The translations under genes were made by a program, and so were the position numbers. Below, one piece after another: positions 12,808 through 26,336 of a DNA stretch of 64,000 nucleotides (positions within the stretch are counted from its first letter, which is position 1; the number at the start of each line of letters is the position of its first letter). Where the stretch lies: contig JAAOMT010000602.1 of the NCBI GenBank assembly GCA_016748015.1, positions 1,579,367 through 1,643,366 of the forward strand, read 5' to 3'. Origin of the DNA: Geosiphon pyriformis uo1. Its lineage: Eukaryota; Fungi; Glomeromycota. The notes under the pieces were generated by a model that was given only the letters and a program-made list of their open reading frames with translations, did not search any database and was not told the origin of the DNA.

Positions 12808-15003
12808 TTTAGACGTTTAATATTTAAAGTAAGATTTGAGGTAATTTTTTAGGTTTTAAAACGGAGTTTTTCTCGGTGGTTTATGAGAAGATTTCAAAAC
12901 TGAGGTCTTCTCAGTGATCTCTCAGGAAATTTCCAATGTCTGAAAGTAGAGGAATTTATAATTTTTCAGATATTTATCGATCACATTATTTCAAAAAAAT
13001 CTTTTCCTTAAATAAAAACGGAAAACACGAAAGCGGGCCAATTAAAATCTTTTTGAGCTAACAAATACTTATACGAATATATATATTATTCTTATTTAAC
13101 CGATAAGCTTAAATGTAATAGTTATGTAATCTTGTTTAAAAGTTACTTTGAAACTCTTTCAAAATTTTCCCTCAATTTATTTTTCCAAATAATACTTTTT
13201 TACTATTTGTTTTTATATTTTTAGAATCTGCGCACTTTTTCTTGGCAAAAAAGTTTGAAATCGATTTTTCCGATATTTTATTAATTGCTGAAAATGGTTA
13301 AAGTCTATAATATTCCCGAAAAATTCTTTAAATAGTTTAGAAACTTTTATTTATCAGTTTCTCGACAAAGATCTTATATAGCATTTTAGTTTAATTTTAA
13401 ATTTAGAAAAAATGTATTGATTGAAGAAGCCATGAGAGATTTGAACCTTTGACCTTTCCTATGACTAAGAATATTTATCATTTTTGCTGTGGCACAGCAC
13501 ATAAAAAAGATATATTTTTAAGATGTTATAAATGTAACAGTCAAATTTCTACCCATATATTATAGGGAGCGGTTAGAAATTATTACCGCCTAATAAAAAA
13601 TAGCGCTTTGTTTGGTTATTATTTTTTTTGCGGATTATCATCCTCTGACTTTATTCTTACAATCAATCAAGAGAATTTTTTAACAAGAAAAAAGTTTTTT
13701 CAATGTTTTATAATTTAATAAAATAATTGTTTCCTTTAACGCAAAACAAGCCATTATCTGTTTTTAGTTTCAATTTATTCTATTTTTTTAATGGCCTAAC
13801 TTTATATTTCAAAATAATTAGAACGGCATACAGTATATTTTTCTTTAAAATAGCCGAAATAAGTCAAAAAAATATATATATATTATTTAATGCGATATAT
13901 TCGATTTCCTTCACTAAATTTCAAAACTTATTATTATTATTATTATTAGAAAATGCAAGTATTAAAAAAAATACAATTTAATACTAAAATTTATATTTCG
14001 ATAAAAACATATCATCATCAAGTAAACAAAATCTTGGATTAAATTTTATATATTACAATAATATTTTGTAAACTCAAAACTATTTTTATACATAGTATTT
14101 TTTATTTTAAAGCAAACTAGAATGCAAATAGGTTTTTTAAAATTACAAAGATTATCGGTGCTTTTCCATTTTTTGGAAAACTTAATAGCGTCTCAAAAAA
14201 TAGTAGTTCTTTACCTCTTATTTGAGTGTACAAAAGCAATAAAATTAACTTTTTAGTAAAATATTAATCTCTAGAAAGTCAATAATTATTTAGTGCCAAG
14301 AATAAACCAAAAAAATCTCCGACGAGAAATTTTCACTATTATTGTTACTGAATGGCATCAGTGTTAACCAATTGTTTTCTATAGTTGACATCATCGTGTA
14401 AATAATGATCATACACGGCATTTGGCACCCCGAAATCCCAAAATAAAACTTTGTTTCGTGTGAACTTGTAATCATTCATAATAGAAATTTCAGGTCAGAT
14501 AGCTGTCGTATTTCATAATTTTTCCCTTTCCCTGAATTTCTGCGCATCGTTAATAAACCTTAGATAAATAAGTCTTACACAAAAAATATCTTCTATCGCT
14601 ATATAAATCTCCGGTAACTCCTTTTCAAAATACGGGTTTTTTATTTAACAATAGCTACCCAATTTATATGGTGCTGTGTCTACTAATTACCAATTTAAAT
14701 AGTGTTATGGTGTTATCGCTATTCAAATAGAAATCAAATGATTTACATATATCTTTTCAATTTTTCTAAAGAGATACATTAATATTAGGTATTATAGATT
14801 TTAAAAATAGTAATCAAATTATGTCGTTTTTAGATAGTTTAATTGAGTGAGAAAAATCAGAGATTCTTATTATTTGCATTAGATAAAACTTGTCAAAAAT
14901 TAAATTATCATTCTATCGTTTTTCATCGTTTAATAATTTTGGGAACAAAACCAAAGTAGCCGTGTATGCAAAACCTGCACGTTTCTCAAGTACAATATAT
15001 ATA

Positions 15004-15022
15004 CTGTCTCTTATACACATCT
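15004..15022 (+). other. Tn5 mosaic end / Nextera adapter sequence (probable library artefact)
   Basis: Exact 19/19 CTGTCTCTTATACACATCT. Confidence 0.93.
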
Positions 15023-15380
15023 CAGGAATAAAATATTCCGGGAATAAAGGTATTAAGTCATTCAAATTGCTATTTTAAAAAGTTGTTTTTCATCAATATT
15101 ATTTTCTATAAAATTTCTTTTTCAGGCAATATTTTGAAGAATCTCACATCTGATCCTTTCCACGTGTTGATTATTATTTTTGAGGCAAATGTTTCGTGTG
15201 ACAAAAAAACTAAAAGATCAATAAAACTTTTTTCATTTTTTTATCCGATCCGAATCAAAAAAAAAGTTCTAAATGAACCCCTCCCACCAATGTGATAGAT
15301 TTCATTTCTACTGTTTTCAAAGTGGAAATCAATTTGTATAATTCACATTAGAAATGAATTTGTCTGTCAAGGAACATAAC

Positions 15381-15957
15381 ATGCCAAAGCTATTATATGA
15401 CTGGAATGAGGGTGAACCCTCCGTCTCAAAATTAAAGTAAAAGTCACTATACTACCCATCTCAACTTTATGATACAATGTCAAAAAAAAACAAGAAAAAT
15501 TGAGCACATAGACGGTAATGGTCGTCGCAAGAAGATTACGGGACATTTATTGAGAAAAGTAGGTCAATATTTTAGTAGAATTCTTCTTTTGCCTCTGCAA
15601 AAATACTGCATTAAACTAGATACAGAGGGAGTATACATTTTATATCGCACAATTGACAGGCATTTGAAATTATTTTCAATACTTACGAAATTTCAAAAGC
15701 AGAAACGTATTAAATAGCCCAAGTTTCATCTTAATAATGGCTGAAAAAAACTTTATTTTTTGATGAAACAACATTTCAACTGTTCCCAAACACAATTCAA
15801 CATTGGTACAAGGAAGAAGTAGCGCTTTTAACAAGATAACGATCCCAAGCATGCCAGTTGAGTAGCTAAGGGATTTCTTGCAAAAAATATATCCCAAAAT
15901 TAATGACTGGCCGTTCTGCAGTCTAGATCTAAATCCTATTAAAAATCCGTTGGCCGC
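15381..15957 (+). mobile_element. Internally deleted Tc1/mariner transposase relic
   Basis: Fragments EHIDGNGRRKKIT, FFDETTFQLFPNTIQHWY, QDNDPKH and DWPFCSLDLNPIKN (cf. WPSNSPDLNPIEN). Confidence 0.8.
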
Positions 15958-17001
15958 CTAAATATTGATGATTCGGAACGATATATAATTTAAGTAACGG
16001 CGTTGCGAGTTGATTATCGAGATATATTTATTTAAATTGATTGTAGGGCCTGAAATCTCAAAAAAAGAACCCAATTTGAACTTTCAAAAATCAGTATTAT
16101 AAGGTTGAAAAATGAAAGTGGCAGGTTCGTCACGTAAATTTTATTCACCAATTTTTCCTTATAAAAAGGAAGAAAAAAAGAAATATTTATTTTCTATTCA
16201 AATATATATATATATATACATATATCTTTTACGAATAAAAGAAATCTAAGTCTATTCTTTTTTCCTTTTTCCTTTTTCCTTCCCTACTTATTTGGACTGA
16301 AAAATCCATTCGCGTCTTAATGTATTTTTCCTTTTTTCAAGATCCACGATAGAGTGAACAGATAAATAATTAGGACATGATTTTTTTTTTAAACTAAAAA
16401 AATTTTCAATTAGTAATTAGCACAACTAAAATCAAAGTTATTTTTGAACTCCAATTCAATTTCAAATTATTATTAAGAATCTTTGAAATCGTTTGATGTT
16501 TGACACAAGAAAAACTTTTTTTTATCAAACGAAACTTTTTTTTTCTAAATTAGAAAAGATTTCACAAACAATTTAGTGCATTACGAATTTACATATTAGA
16601 ATTTTTAACTTATTTACATATTAAAATCTTCCTTAGGGTGGTAATATAATTTAAGAAACGAAATTATTTTTCAAAAAATAGAATGTACGAAAATGGGTGA
16701 TTGTAATCGAAATTTTTAAAAATCATGCAAGGAATAGAACGCGAAAACGAAAAAAAAAGAACGTTAGATAGACAGAACAGAACAGAACAGAATAGGAATT
16801 AAAAAGGTTAGAATAAAGAAAGGGATTTTGAATAAAAAAACTTAAAAAACTTTTTAAAGCTTATGGGATATTTACAAGTGGCTTTATATCTTAATTACTT
16901 AGATTATCTACAAAGTTCCTATGGTTGATATTAAAAAGGGTGTTTGGAAGGGGCTGAGAACCATGTTTTGACCGATTAAACGGGTATATCTTGGGATTTA
17001 A

Positions 17002-17002
<1 letters not shown>

Positions 17003-17037
<35 letters not shown>
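17003..17037. repeat. (TTA)n microsatellite
   Basis: About 11 direct units; gives the poly-N/poly-L ORF artefacts here. Confidence 0.85.
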
Positions 17038-17038
<1 letters not shown>

Positions 17039-17494
17039 CACATTGGAATGATTAATGCCCCAATTCCAACCGCACACAAATATTTAAAAATAGCCACGAT
17101 ACATTTAAGTGATTTATTTGTCTCCGTTTTTCGTGTAGCAAACCCATTGGCTGTTACAGAAATCGTAATAGAAAACTGTTCTTAGGCTTGAGATAAAAAA
17201 TAAACTAATTAATTTACTGAAATTGACAGTTAAAAAATTTATTAAGATTGCAGCTAACTGATTTTGGAGTTATTGGTTATAGTAAAAATGATTTTTGAAA
17301 GAACAATTAATTGCTTTAAATTGTGTTTATAAAAAATAGGAATTTATTAATTTGTATTATAACTAATTTTATGCTATAAATTATTTTAACTAAAATACAT
17401 TTTTCAAAAAAAGAAGCTTTTATTTTATATATATTTAAATGATACTATTTCAAGCTCTAGCACTATTTTTTTTGTTAATATTTCGGTTACTAAA

Positions 17495-17650
17495 GGTTGA
17501 ATATATATTTCAATAAACTACGAAATATTTCAGTAAACTATTGAATATTTTAGCAAATTTCTGAATATTTCAGCAAATTTTTGAATTAAATAGTTTGGAA
17601 TGTTGTTTACCTTTAGTTATGCTTGAATATTATACAAATTAGATGATCAA
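17495..17650. repeat. Dispersed repeat with ~20-bp internal units (gaatatttcagcaaa...), further copies near 32020-32130 and 34190-34320
   Basis: Shared aaactattgaatatttt..caaattttt.aatatt.. blocks at three loci. Confidence 0.55.
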
Positions 17651-18524
17651 TTAAATAATAAAATATTAGTAATTTGGTTAAGTAATAATTGAATAATTAA
17701 TAATAAAGATAATTCATATTAATTTTGGTTTAAATTTCAACTAATAAGAACTTTAATAATAATTAAAAAATTTTACAAATTTATAATAACATAAAACTAG
17801 TTCAAAAAAAAAATTACAATTTGTGAATTGTTTAAACTTTAGTACTTTTTTATTTTAACAAATCAAAAATGATTTGATCTTTTATAATGAAATAATCTAA
17901 AAAAAAGATTTGATTAGATTAATTTAAAGATTATTCTTAAATTTTAATTATTTAAATTATCAAAACCAACCAGCCTTTAGTAAGATCAATCAAAAAAATT
18001 TTAAGAATAAATAATATAATTTTAATTTTCGTAGAATCTAACAATACTAATTTCGAGAAATTTTCTTTCAGTAATTAAATATTTATAATTTTTATTATAG
18101 TATGATTTTATTTTCTAAAAAATAAATGATATTATCTACAAAAATAAATTAATATATGAATAAAAATAATTTTTTATGTTTATTTTTTAATGATTGATTT
18201 TTTCTGTCAGAGTTTTGAAATTCTAAACTAGTTGTAAAAAGTTGTAGCTTTTTAAAATAAAAAAAACAGTTCCAATGACCACTTTTAATTCAGAGCAACT
18301 CAAGTGGTTTTTTTAAAAAAATTAATAACAGAAAACTTATTAATTTCAATGTGGGTCAATCAAATATGGTTTGGTTTTATTTGAAAAAGTGAATATTAAT
18401 GTTCTGTTGTAATTTATTGTATTGAAAATAAATATATATTCTGCTTCAAACAATAATATTTCCAGTTAAATTTTAATTAATAAAAATCTCAATGCTCAAA
18501 ATTTGTTGGCTACTTAGCTGGCTG

Positions 18525-19068
18525 AATCAAAAAGTTAAATACAATTTGAGAATTTTGCTTTGAATAATTATTACTATCATCTTCAGAAGTTTTGGCCATT
18601 GTCACGGTCATCGTTATATTTGGGTTTGGGTGAATTGTTTGCCCTTACTCTTTTTTCGCTAAGTGTCATCAAAAACAAGAAACAGGGTCCTATGCCAATT
18701 TAATCAAGATTAAAGACCCATAATTATCATACCTCCATCTTCCTTTTTTCTAATTTTGAGCAATAATATTGGGCATGACACCAACCTGGGCAATCGTTAC
18801 ATTCCCAAACAATTGATCTAATTCTTCGTAGCTAATTGTAAATGCCGTGGAATGATCCGACCTTTTTTATTATAATTTGCAATCCGATCTGCATATCGGG
18901 CTTTACGCAACTGGAAAAATGAGGTCAATGATTAGATGCCTTAAAGCAAAATCATCATTTCCCAATAAATAATACGTTGAATGAACGTGATACTGCAGTA
19001 GATTTGCGTCAAATCTAGTTAAATTCAAGGCTAACGCACTTTTTACCTTTACTCTTTCCTGTAGACAT
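18525..19068 (-). pseudogene. Histone H2A variant pseudogene
   Basis: Minus-strand fragments: MSTGKSKGKK.., [47 protein letters not shown], plus an intron and acidic tail exon homologous to 39738-39850. Helix alpha2 is deleted and there are stops. Confidence 0.85.
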
Positions 19069-20127
19069 TTATTTTTTTTTTAAAAGTTTTGTTCAAGAAA
19101 AACTTTGGTTTAAAATTCTAGTTAAGCATAAAATTCGATTCCTATTTTTTTGGAGCCTAAATGATGGTCCTCCACAGACTTCTTACAAGTTATGAAACGG
19201 TTTAATCGTCATATTATATATCTTTATTATTCCTCAATCACTTCCCGAAATAATGATTATTATAGGATCGAATCCTTAAAGATTCCCAATTTCAAGAATG
19301 AGACAGAAAGAATTATGTTAGTATGAGACTTTTGATACTAATTTCAAGGTCATTTATCAAAAAACTTGGTCATTTAAAATTTCTTATCACATTAACATGT
19401 TACACTACTTTTCAATCAACAAAGGTTTATTATGAGGAATTCTAAAAGCTCGAGAATATTTAAAGATTTTAAATTAACCATCTAGCTTAGACTTATCTTT
19501 TTAATGCTGACACATTTTAATCTTTGTTGGAAAAGTCAAAGTTACTGTGAGAAACTTGAACTACTATCATTTTGAAAGAAAGGTTTGGAGTTATTTCGCT
19601 AAATTTCGAGGGCTTCATATAAGGCAATATTATCTATTCAGAAAGTAACATGATATTAAAGAGATTGAATACTGAAATTCAAAAGGGCAGTTTTTTATAA
19701 TTATCAGAGGATATTTAATACTCTTTCCAAGTTTCTGTGCTGTGACATGAATTATTATCTAGAGAAAATTTTTATCCTAATTTGCTTTTTAATCTTTTGA
19801 TGTAACTTTTTCGTTAAGATATCAACACAATATGTGGAAGTCTGATTTATTTTTAAGCTTTGACACAAAGTTAAATTGTTAGGACAAACATGGACTTATG
19901 AGTTTTGATTGATTGATTGATAGATTGATCACAATTCACATTAATGAAAGGTATAAAGTAGGTTACGAGGGGATAATATTTCGTATCGATATAAAATTTT
20001 CAATGCAATTTTGTTTTCAAAAATCCAGGCATTCTCTAATAGGCCTAACAATAGATCGCTCTACTTGAAACTTTTTGTTTCCACTATCACAAAAGAGATA
20101 TCAAATTTGCTACCGATATATTAAATA

Positions 20128-20800
20128 ATGTCGAATAGCACGGATAAAATTGTAGAGACAGTAAAAGGTGTGGGTCTTGGAAAAGGAAAAAATTTATTGG
20201 CTGTGTCAGGGGGAAAGCGTATTGTGGTTTCTCGTTCAACCAAGGTATTTCTTAAACAAAAGGGGTGATAAAATGAAAAACTCTTATTTAAAATGGTAAT
20301 CCTTCATTGTTCATAAGGCCGACCTAATATTTCCAGTCGGTAGGATCGGACGTCATCTACGTAAAGGTCGATACGCTGATCGAATTGGTAGCGCGGCTCC
20401 AGTTTATATGGCCGCTGTTATTGAATATCTCACCGCCGAAATCCTTGAACTGGCCGGTAACGCAGCAATTGATCACAATAAAGTTCGAATTATCCCACGA
20501 CACTTACAATTGGCCATCAAAAATGATGAAGAGTTAAACAAATTGCTTGGAAACGTCACAATCGCTCAGGGAGGTGTTTTACCTCACATTCATAAAGAGT
20601 TGTTGCCGCAAAAGTCGAGGTCGGGAGATGGCGGTAAAAACGATTCTGGCTATTTAAATTTTTTTTTCCGAATTTCCAAATATACTTTTGGTTGTTAAAA
20701 ATATTCGTTTTTCTTACTAGTCGGAAAGGGAGGTTCACGCAAGAAAAATCTTGACAGTAGCGACGACGATCAATCTCCGGACAATGTGGAAGATTGCTAA
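20128..20800 (+). CDS. H2A: Histone H2A, divergent variant with extended N-tail and acidic C-tail
   Basis: Exons 20128-20244, 20318-20633 and 20721-20800 give [29 protein letters not shown]|[87 protein letters not shown]|[26 protein letters not shown]. Confidence 0.92.
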
Positions 20801-21513
20801 AAACGTTTTTGAATATCCAAAATATATAAAACACAGTAAATATTTTTGTTTCTCCTCAAATTTTAATACATTCCCAAAGCTATTTAATCTTTTTAGAGTA
20901 TTGTTAGGTTTACGAAAATTAAACTTACTATTATTAATCTTTAGTGCTTTATAGAGTTAATTTTTAATTTTTTCAAACTGGGGATTGTGGTTTCTTGAAA
21001 ACCAAGATCATTTGAATCCCAAGTTTTTTTATTTTCTTCCTCGAAAATTAAGATCCAATCGTCTTCATTAAAAGAATGTAGTTCAACAAACTTCAATTGA
21101 TAATAGACATGTTAAACTGGGGACAGTTTTTTTTATGTATAGCGAGTACTAACAAGAAAGCCTTGTTAATAATATTTTTTATTTGAAATTCAAAATTTCA
21201 TGTGTTATTGCTAATAGCTAGTAAAACTCAAATAAGTCAAATATTTTTTAAAAAGACTATGCTCATATTAGTATAGGTTCGTCTTTAATCTGTATGACTC
21301 TCAAAGAATTTTTATGAAGAAATTAATTGATAGTAAAGTAATTCTGATAATAAATTTATTAATCCGGGAAAGGGATAATTTTTAGCCTTACAAACAGAAC
21401 AATGATCAATCTCCTGAACCTATTCCGATAATTTGCTGAAAGAATTAGGGCAATAAACTTTTTAAAACAATTCAGGAGTTTTATTTTACAAGGATTTGTA
21501 TAAGCAATAATAA

Positions 21514-21516
<3 letters not shown>

Positions 21517-21552
<36 letters not shown>

Positions 21553-21560
21553 GCATAATC

Positions 21561-21600
<40 letters not shown>
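21517..21600. repeat. (AAT)n imperfect microsatellite
   Basis: Direct reading. Confidence 0.9.
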
Positions 21601-21602
<2 letters not shown>

Positions 21603-23253
21603 TTTCAATCGATTTTAAAGTTTTTAAAAAAAAGAAAAAGGTTTTAAAGACTACTGGTTAATTAATATAACATTTAAAATAGTATTAATTGATACATTGG
21701 TGGAATTTAATTCTGAATAAAGTACCATTAAGTTTCATGTCATTTGAAGCCAAAATAAAGTGAAAAAGGTTGAAGGGGGAATACTTTCTGTAAAAGATGT
21801 TGAAATTCATTAATTAATTACTTAGAGCATGTAACCCTTTCATCATAGATTTCGTATCACCAGGATTTGAAATTTGTTTAAAGAATGATAAGGCTCAGAG
21901 TTAAAAAATTTAAATATTGAATGAATATATATTTAGAAAGAAAGAGGATCAACGTTTCTCCAAAAATATTGTTGAAATTAATTTTAAAAACTTAAACGAA
22001 TTGATGCTTTGGACTTTAATTTTTACCAAATAACTTAATTTTGTGAGCATATTTAAATACTTATTTTTAGAACATAATCATTTTCACGACAATATTCATG
22101 GGGGGGGGGAGGAGGGGGGGTTTACGATATAACCATAATTTAAAAGATTTTTTTAGATATTTCTTTCATACACTCGGAGAATAAAGTCTGAAAAGAAGTA
22201 TGATAACCACATAATTATTGAAGTGAAAAGTTGATCCTTCGTTGCTATATAAAATTTCTAATTTTGTATTATAAAATAAAAAAGAAGATAATTTTTTTTC
22301 TCATTATCACATATGAATTCGATGACAATTTTTTAAGGTTACGCGACTTGTGATACAATACCTAATAGAGTATTTTATTCTATTAAGTATTAACTAAATT
22401 TGATTTGAAATTAATTGTTTAAATTATGCATTTTTAAAATTTTCAAGAGAAAATTGTGCCAATATAATGATTACTGAAATTATAACTAATATTGTACTAG
22501 AAAATTTGCTAAAAAGTCATAATGTGGCCGCCATTTAAATAGCTAGGCTCATATCGCCATATTTCAAAATTAATCGAAATAGAAACGTATGACTAATTTT
22601 AAATATTCCTCTAACTATCCCCAGTATGTGAGCGTGTGAAAAACTCGTAAAATATACAAAGAATTGTCTAGATAATTTTCGGCTAGCGTTTAAAACAGAA
22701 TATTTTTACGCCGAGATTAACCGAGTCTTTTCCAGTTGTACGCTATCTTTTAACGTCTTTAGTGATGTAAAGTGAACAATTTAAAAAAGAATTAATTAAT
22801 TAATTAATTTTGTAAAGAAAAAGGTTCCTTTTTTATTTGCAGATTTAGTTTCCTAACTATAATATAACAGGTAATAGGAAAATTAAATGAAAAGAGCTTT
22901 GATGTTACATCGGTTACTAACAGTTAAAATGCTCGTTTTTGAAAAAATTGATTGAAATCTATCAGGAATGAAAAAATTGTGAAAGGTAAAGAAAATGAAT
23001 TATAAATTGAATGAGGTAAATAATGAAATGAATTTGACTAGCCTTCAGTGTACCAAAATTTTTACTAAAGTTTCTATACAAACAAAAAGGGATTTGCAGT
23101 TTATAATGGATGAATTTGAAAGAGAATAAGTGAATAAAATTATACATTTTTGATATATCCCTATAAAACCTCGGCTCAAATATTTACAGTCCCAAATATG
23201 AGATATCTTATCATCATCATCATTCTTCTCCATCTAGAAATGTTAAACTACAT

Positions 23254-24188
23254 TTATCCTCTAACTTTCAATCCACCCATTCTCTTCTTGATCCTTCCCA
23301 GAAAACTTCTTGTGCCAGCCGTTTCATCAGAATTTCGTAATTGGCTCTTCATCACGTGATTACGTGATATTGGAGATGGCATTTGAAGTAACGCTTCCAA
23401 CAAGATTTGACTTTCGTCTACAGTCCAAGAACGATTATATGACGCGTTAGAGGCGATTCCGGACGAGCGAGAAGATAAGATATCGCTAGAGTGTTTGGAA
23501 GATGATTTTGATGGTGAGACGACTGAAAATCTGTTTAATTGCTATTTGACCAAAAAACGTTGAGTGGAACAGTTTTTATTAGTATTTGTATTATCGTTTG
23601 TTTGATATTGGTTGATATCAGAAATAGTTAAAAAACAATAGAAAATGATTTGGCTTTCAAATATCATACCGAAAACGTAGCAAAAGAATCCATTAAGAAA
23701 ATAATAATTGTGAAGATAACTAGTTTTTTGTTTATAAACTCTTGAAAACAAGGTCTAAATATAATAAAACTCGTTGTTTTAAACTTAAGCAATATTTAAA
23801 AAATCCTTATTCGTTTTTTTAACAAACTATCGTTTTAATATTTCAAAAGCAGGAGAATACAAAATTAAAATCAAAAGAGCAGCAACTTGACAAGGTACAA
23901 AAAAATTCACAAGTTATAAAGTTTTTCTTTTAAAAATAATTAAATAGGAGCTGATGATGATGATGATGATGATGATGAGGATGATGATGATGATGCCTGG
24001 TCAATTTCCCAAGTCTTTGTTGTTGTTGTTGTTGTTGTTGTTTTAAGTTTATGCAAAAAAGAAACGGTGTTGGCTGTGATGGTCGACATAGAATGCTGAC
24101 AGGGATAAAAAATAAATGGGGAAATCGAGCAACGTATTCACCCTCTTGAATTGGTTGACCAGGTATTCTTTTCTCCTTTGAGAAACAT
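23254..24188 (-). CDS. Small Ser-rich hypothetical protein (~107 aa, 2 exons), not in the ORF track
   Basis: CpG-rich open exon 23530-23254 after a CAG acceptor: FSVVSPSKSSSKHSSDILSSRSSGIASNASYNRSWTVDESQILLEALLQMPSP..FLGRIKKRMGGLKVRG*. A compatible phase-2 first exon is 24188-24142 (MFLKGEKNTWSTNSRG). Exon 1 is tentative. Confidence 0.5.
23953..24040. repeat. (TGA)n and (TTG)n microsatellites
   Basis: Direct reading; these generate the poly-H/poly-Q ORF at 23930-24202. Confidence 0.85.
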
Positions 24189-25090
24189 TTATTGCTTTTC
24201 ATTCAGTCAAGGGGAAAGTTCGAGGTTTTCCCTTTTCGGCGAATTCTGAAACGTTTGAATTAATTAGAATGAGATCTACGGGTTGATGTGTACATTGTCT
24301 TACAAAGCGAACAATCGATTAAGTTTAAGTTTTAGTAATGAGTGTTGTTAACCCCCCTGTGAAAACTTTAATATGAAAAAGTTATCATTAAACTATTTTA
24401 CAAATAAAAATATTGTCAATATACAAAGTTTTTGTGTTCCAAATTAATTTTTTTTTTGCTTAAACCATTCTCGAAATAAACTTTTTAACGTTTAAGTATG
24501 GCATAATTATGTGCTACCAAAGAAAAATATTTGAAACTTTTTATCAAACAATTTTTCGACAAGATTAGATCCAAATGTTAACATATTTGTTTTGACATAC
24601 ACCCATTTTTCAACTTAAAAAAGATGAATTTAAAAATAAGAATAGTCTATAATTCTAGGGAAAGATATTCAATTTATTTATTTATTTTTTATTTCACTTA
24701 ATTAATTTTCTCAAGAAAAATATTAAAAACTTTTAAAAACCCTTATTTTTTTTGGTTTCGATTTAAGATTTGTATCATAAAAAAAGTTTTATCTAATATA
24801 ATAAGCCTGATTCCCAACAAGTTTATTATTGGTTTCAAAAGAAGAATTTTTTTTTTTTTGCACTTTGTTACTTATACTCATCCACTAAATCTTTTTGTCC
24901 ATCTTACCATTTTCATTTGAATTCATCAGATTTACATACAGATAACGCCATTGTTCTGTTGAAGCAATTAAAATCTATGGATGCAGCAAAAATGAAGTTT
25001 TGTCAAAAAAAAAAAAAATCTCAAACATTTATTATAAAGAAACAGCTATATTTTACTTTTTTTTTCGCGTTCCAAAATATTTTACATGCA

Positions 25091-25123
<33 letters not shown>

Positions 25124-25141
25124 CATACATACATACATACA

Positions 25142-25175
<34 letters not shown>

Positions 25176-25178
25176 CAT
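25091..25178. repeat. (ATAC)n tetranucleotide microsatellite
   Basis: About 20 units; generates the HTYI-repeat ORFs. Confidence 0.95.
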
Positions 25179-26336
25179 ATCTTTGCAAACCGAAGAAAAA
25201 ATTTTTTCACTGTTTGAAATTTATCTCTCAAAATATGTGAAAAACAAAAGTTTAACATAACAGTGTGTGTGTAGGTGATCGAGAAAATTGTGACCTTTTG
25301 AGCTCTTTAAATTTTCATTCGCAAAAAATTTTCCTTTCACTCATGCACGATTCATTTATAGTAAGAGAGATATTTTCATGCACATTAATTACCCTCATAA
25401 TCATTCTTGGAAGGGAAATCGTTAATCTTTTTATTTTCCCAGGATCAACCAGTAGTAGTACACAAAAATAGTTCCCATTGTTCTTAATCCTATTTCAAAA
25501 GAGGGTTTTTAACCTTAAACAATATCATTCAGACTTTGCATAGTACGCAAGATTTCAGTTATTCATGATCATGTGTTGATATCAACCTGGGAAAACTCTT
25601 AAAGAAAAATTAATCGTTCCTGTCGTACATGTTCATTGACCGTTTAGTTTGTATCGGGGATTTCGGCCTGACTCGTATTCCTCCAATCAATTTACCAACT
25701 TTTTAATTTAATACAGAAAAAGATCTAGTGTATTTCGAAAAAGGGAATAAATTTGTCATAGGATAAACATTTATCGATTTCTCGTTTGTTTAACTATTTT
25801 CTTTTTACACCCCTATTTGATACACTACACAAAAATCGATATCGGTATTTTTTACTTATGTATCATCGACGCTTCGTTTCAAAAAGATAAATTTTCCGCG
25901 ATTAACCAATTTTTCAAATAGACAATGCTACAACAGGTAGACAGATTTTTGAAATTTCAACTACCCAATAAACATATTTTGAGTTTTGAATGTTCGGACA
26001 AAGTATCTTTTATATTTGCATTTGATTCACACCTCACCATTTACATGAATTAAAAAGTATTTTAACGGTTAGGAGAAAGTCCAAACATTCAAGTTTTTTT
26101 TTTCTTCAATTTATATCAAGTGATAGATACAATAAAATATTTTCACCGAAAAACTGGGATTTAATCAAGATATAAATACGTCCCATATTTTTGCAATCTC
26201 TTTTCAATTAAAAAAAGGAGGAAGAAATCCTTGACTAAAAACCATATTCATTCGATTCAAAAAAAAAATCTCCCCTTGACTTCATATATATTTGACTGAT
26301 TTCTCTCGATCTTGATTCAAAACACTTTTCTGAATT

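Noticed and set aside
13425-13500. tRNA-like T-arm on the minus strand (ggtcaaaggttcaaatctc)
   Set aside because: No convincing acceptor stem or D-arm could be folded; at most a decayed relic.
16891-17185. Short minus-strand ORF with a hydrophobic stretch and poly-N
   Set aside because: Possibly an orphan terminal exon, but no start, upstream exon or homology can be supported.
23930-24202. Poly-Q/poly-H ORF
   Set aside because: Built from (TTG)n and (TGA)n microsatellites, probably within the intron of the small gene.
24917-25260. ORFs with HTYI repeats
   Set aside because: Translation of an (ATAC)n microsatellite.
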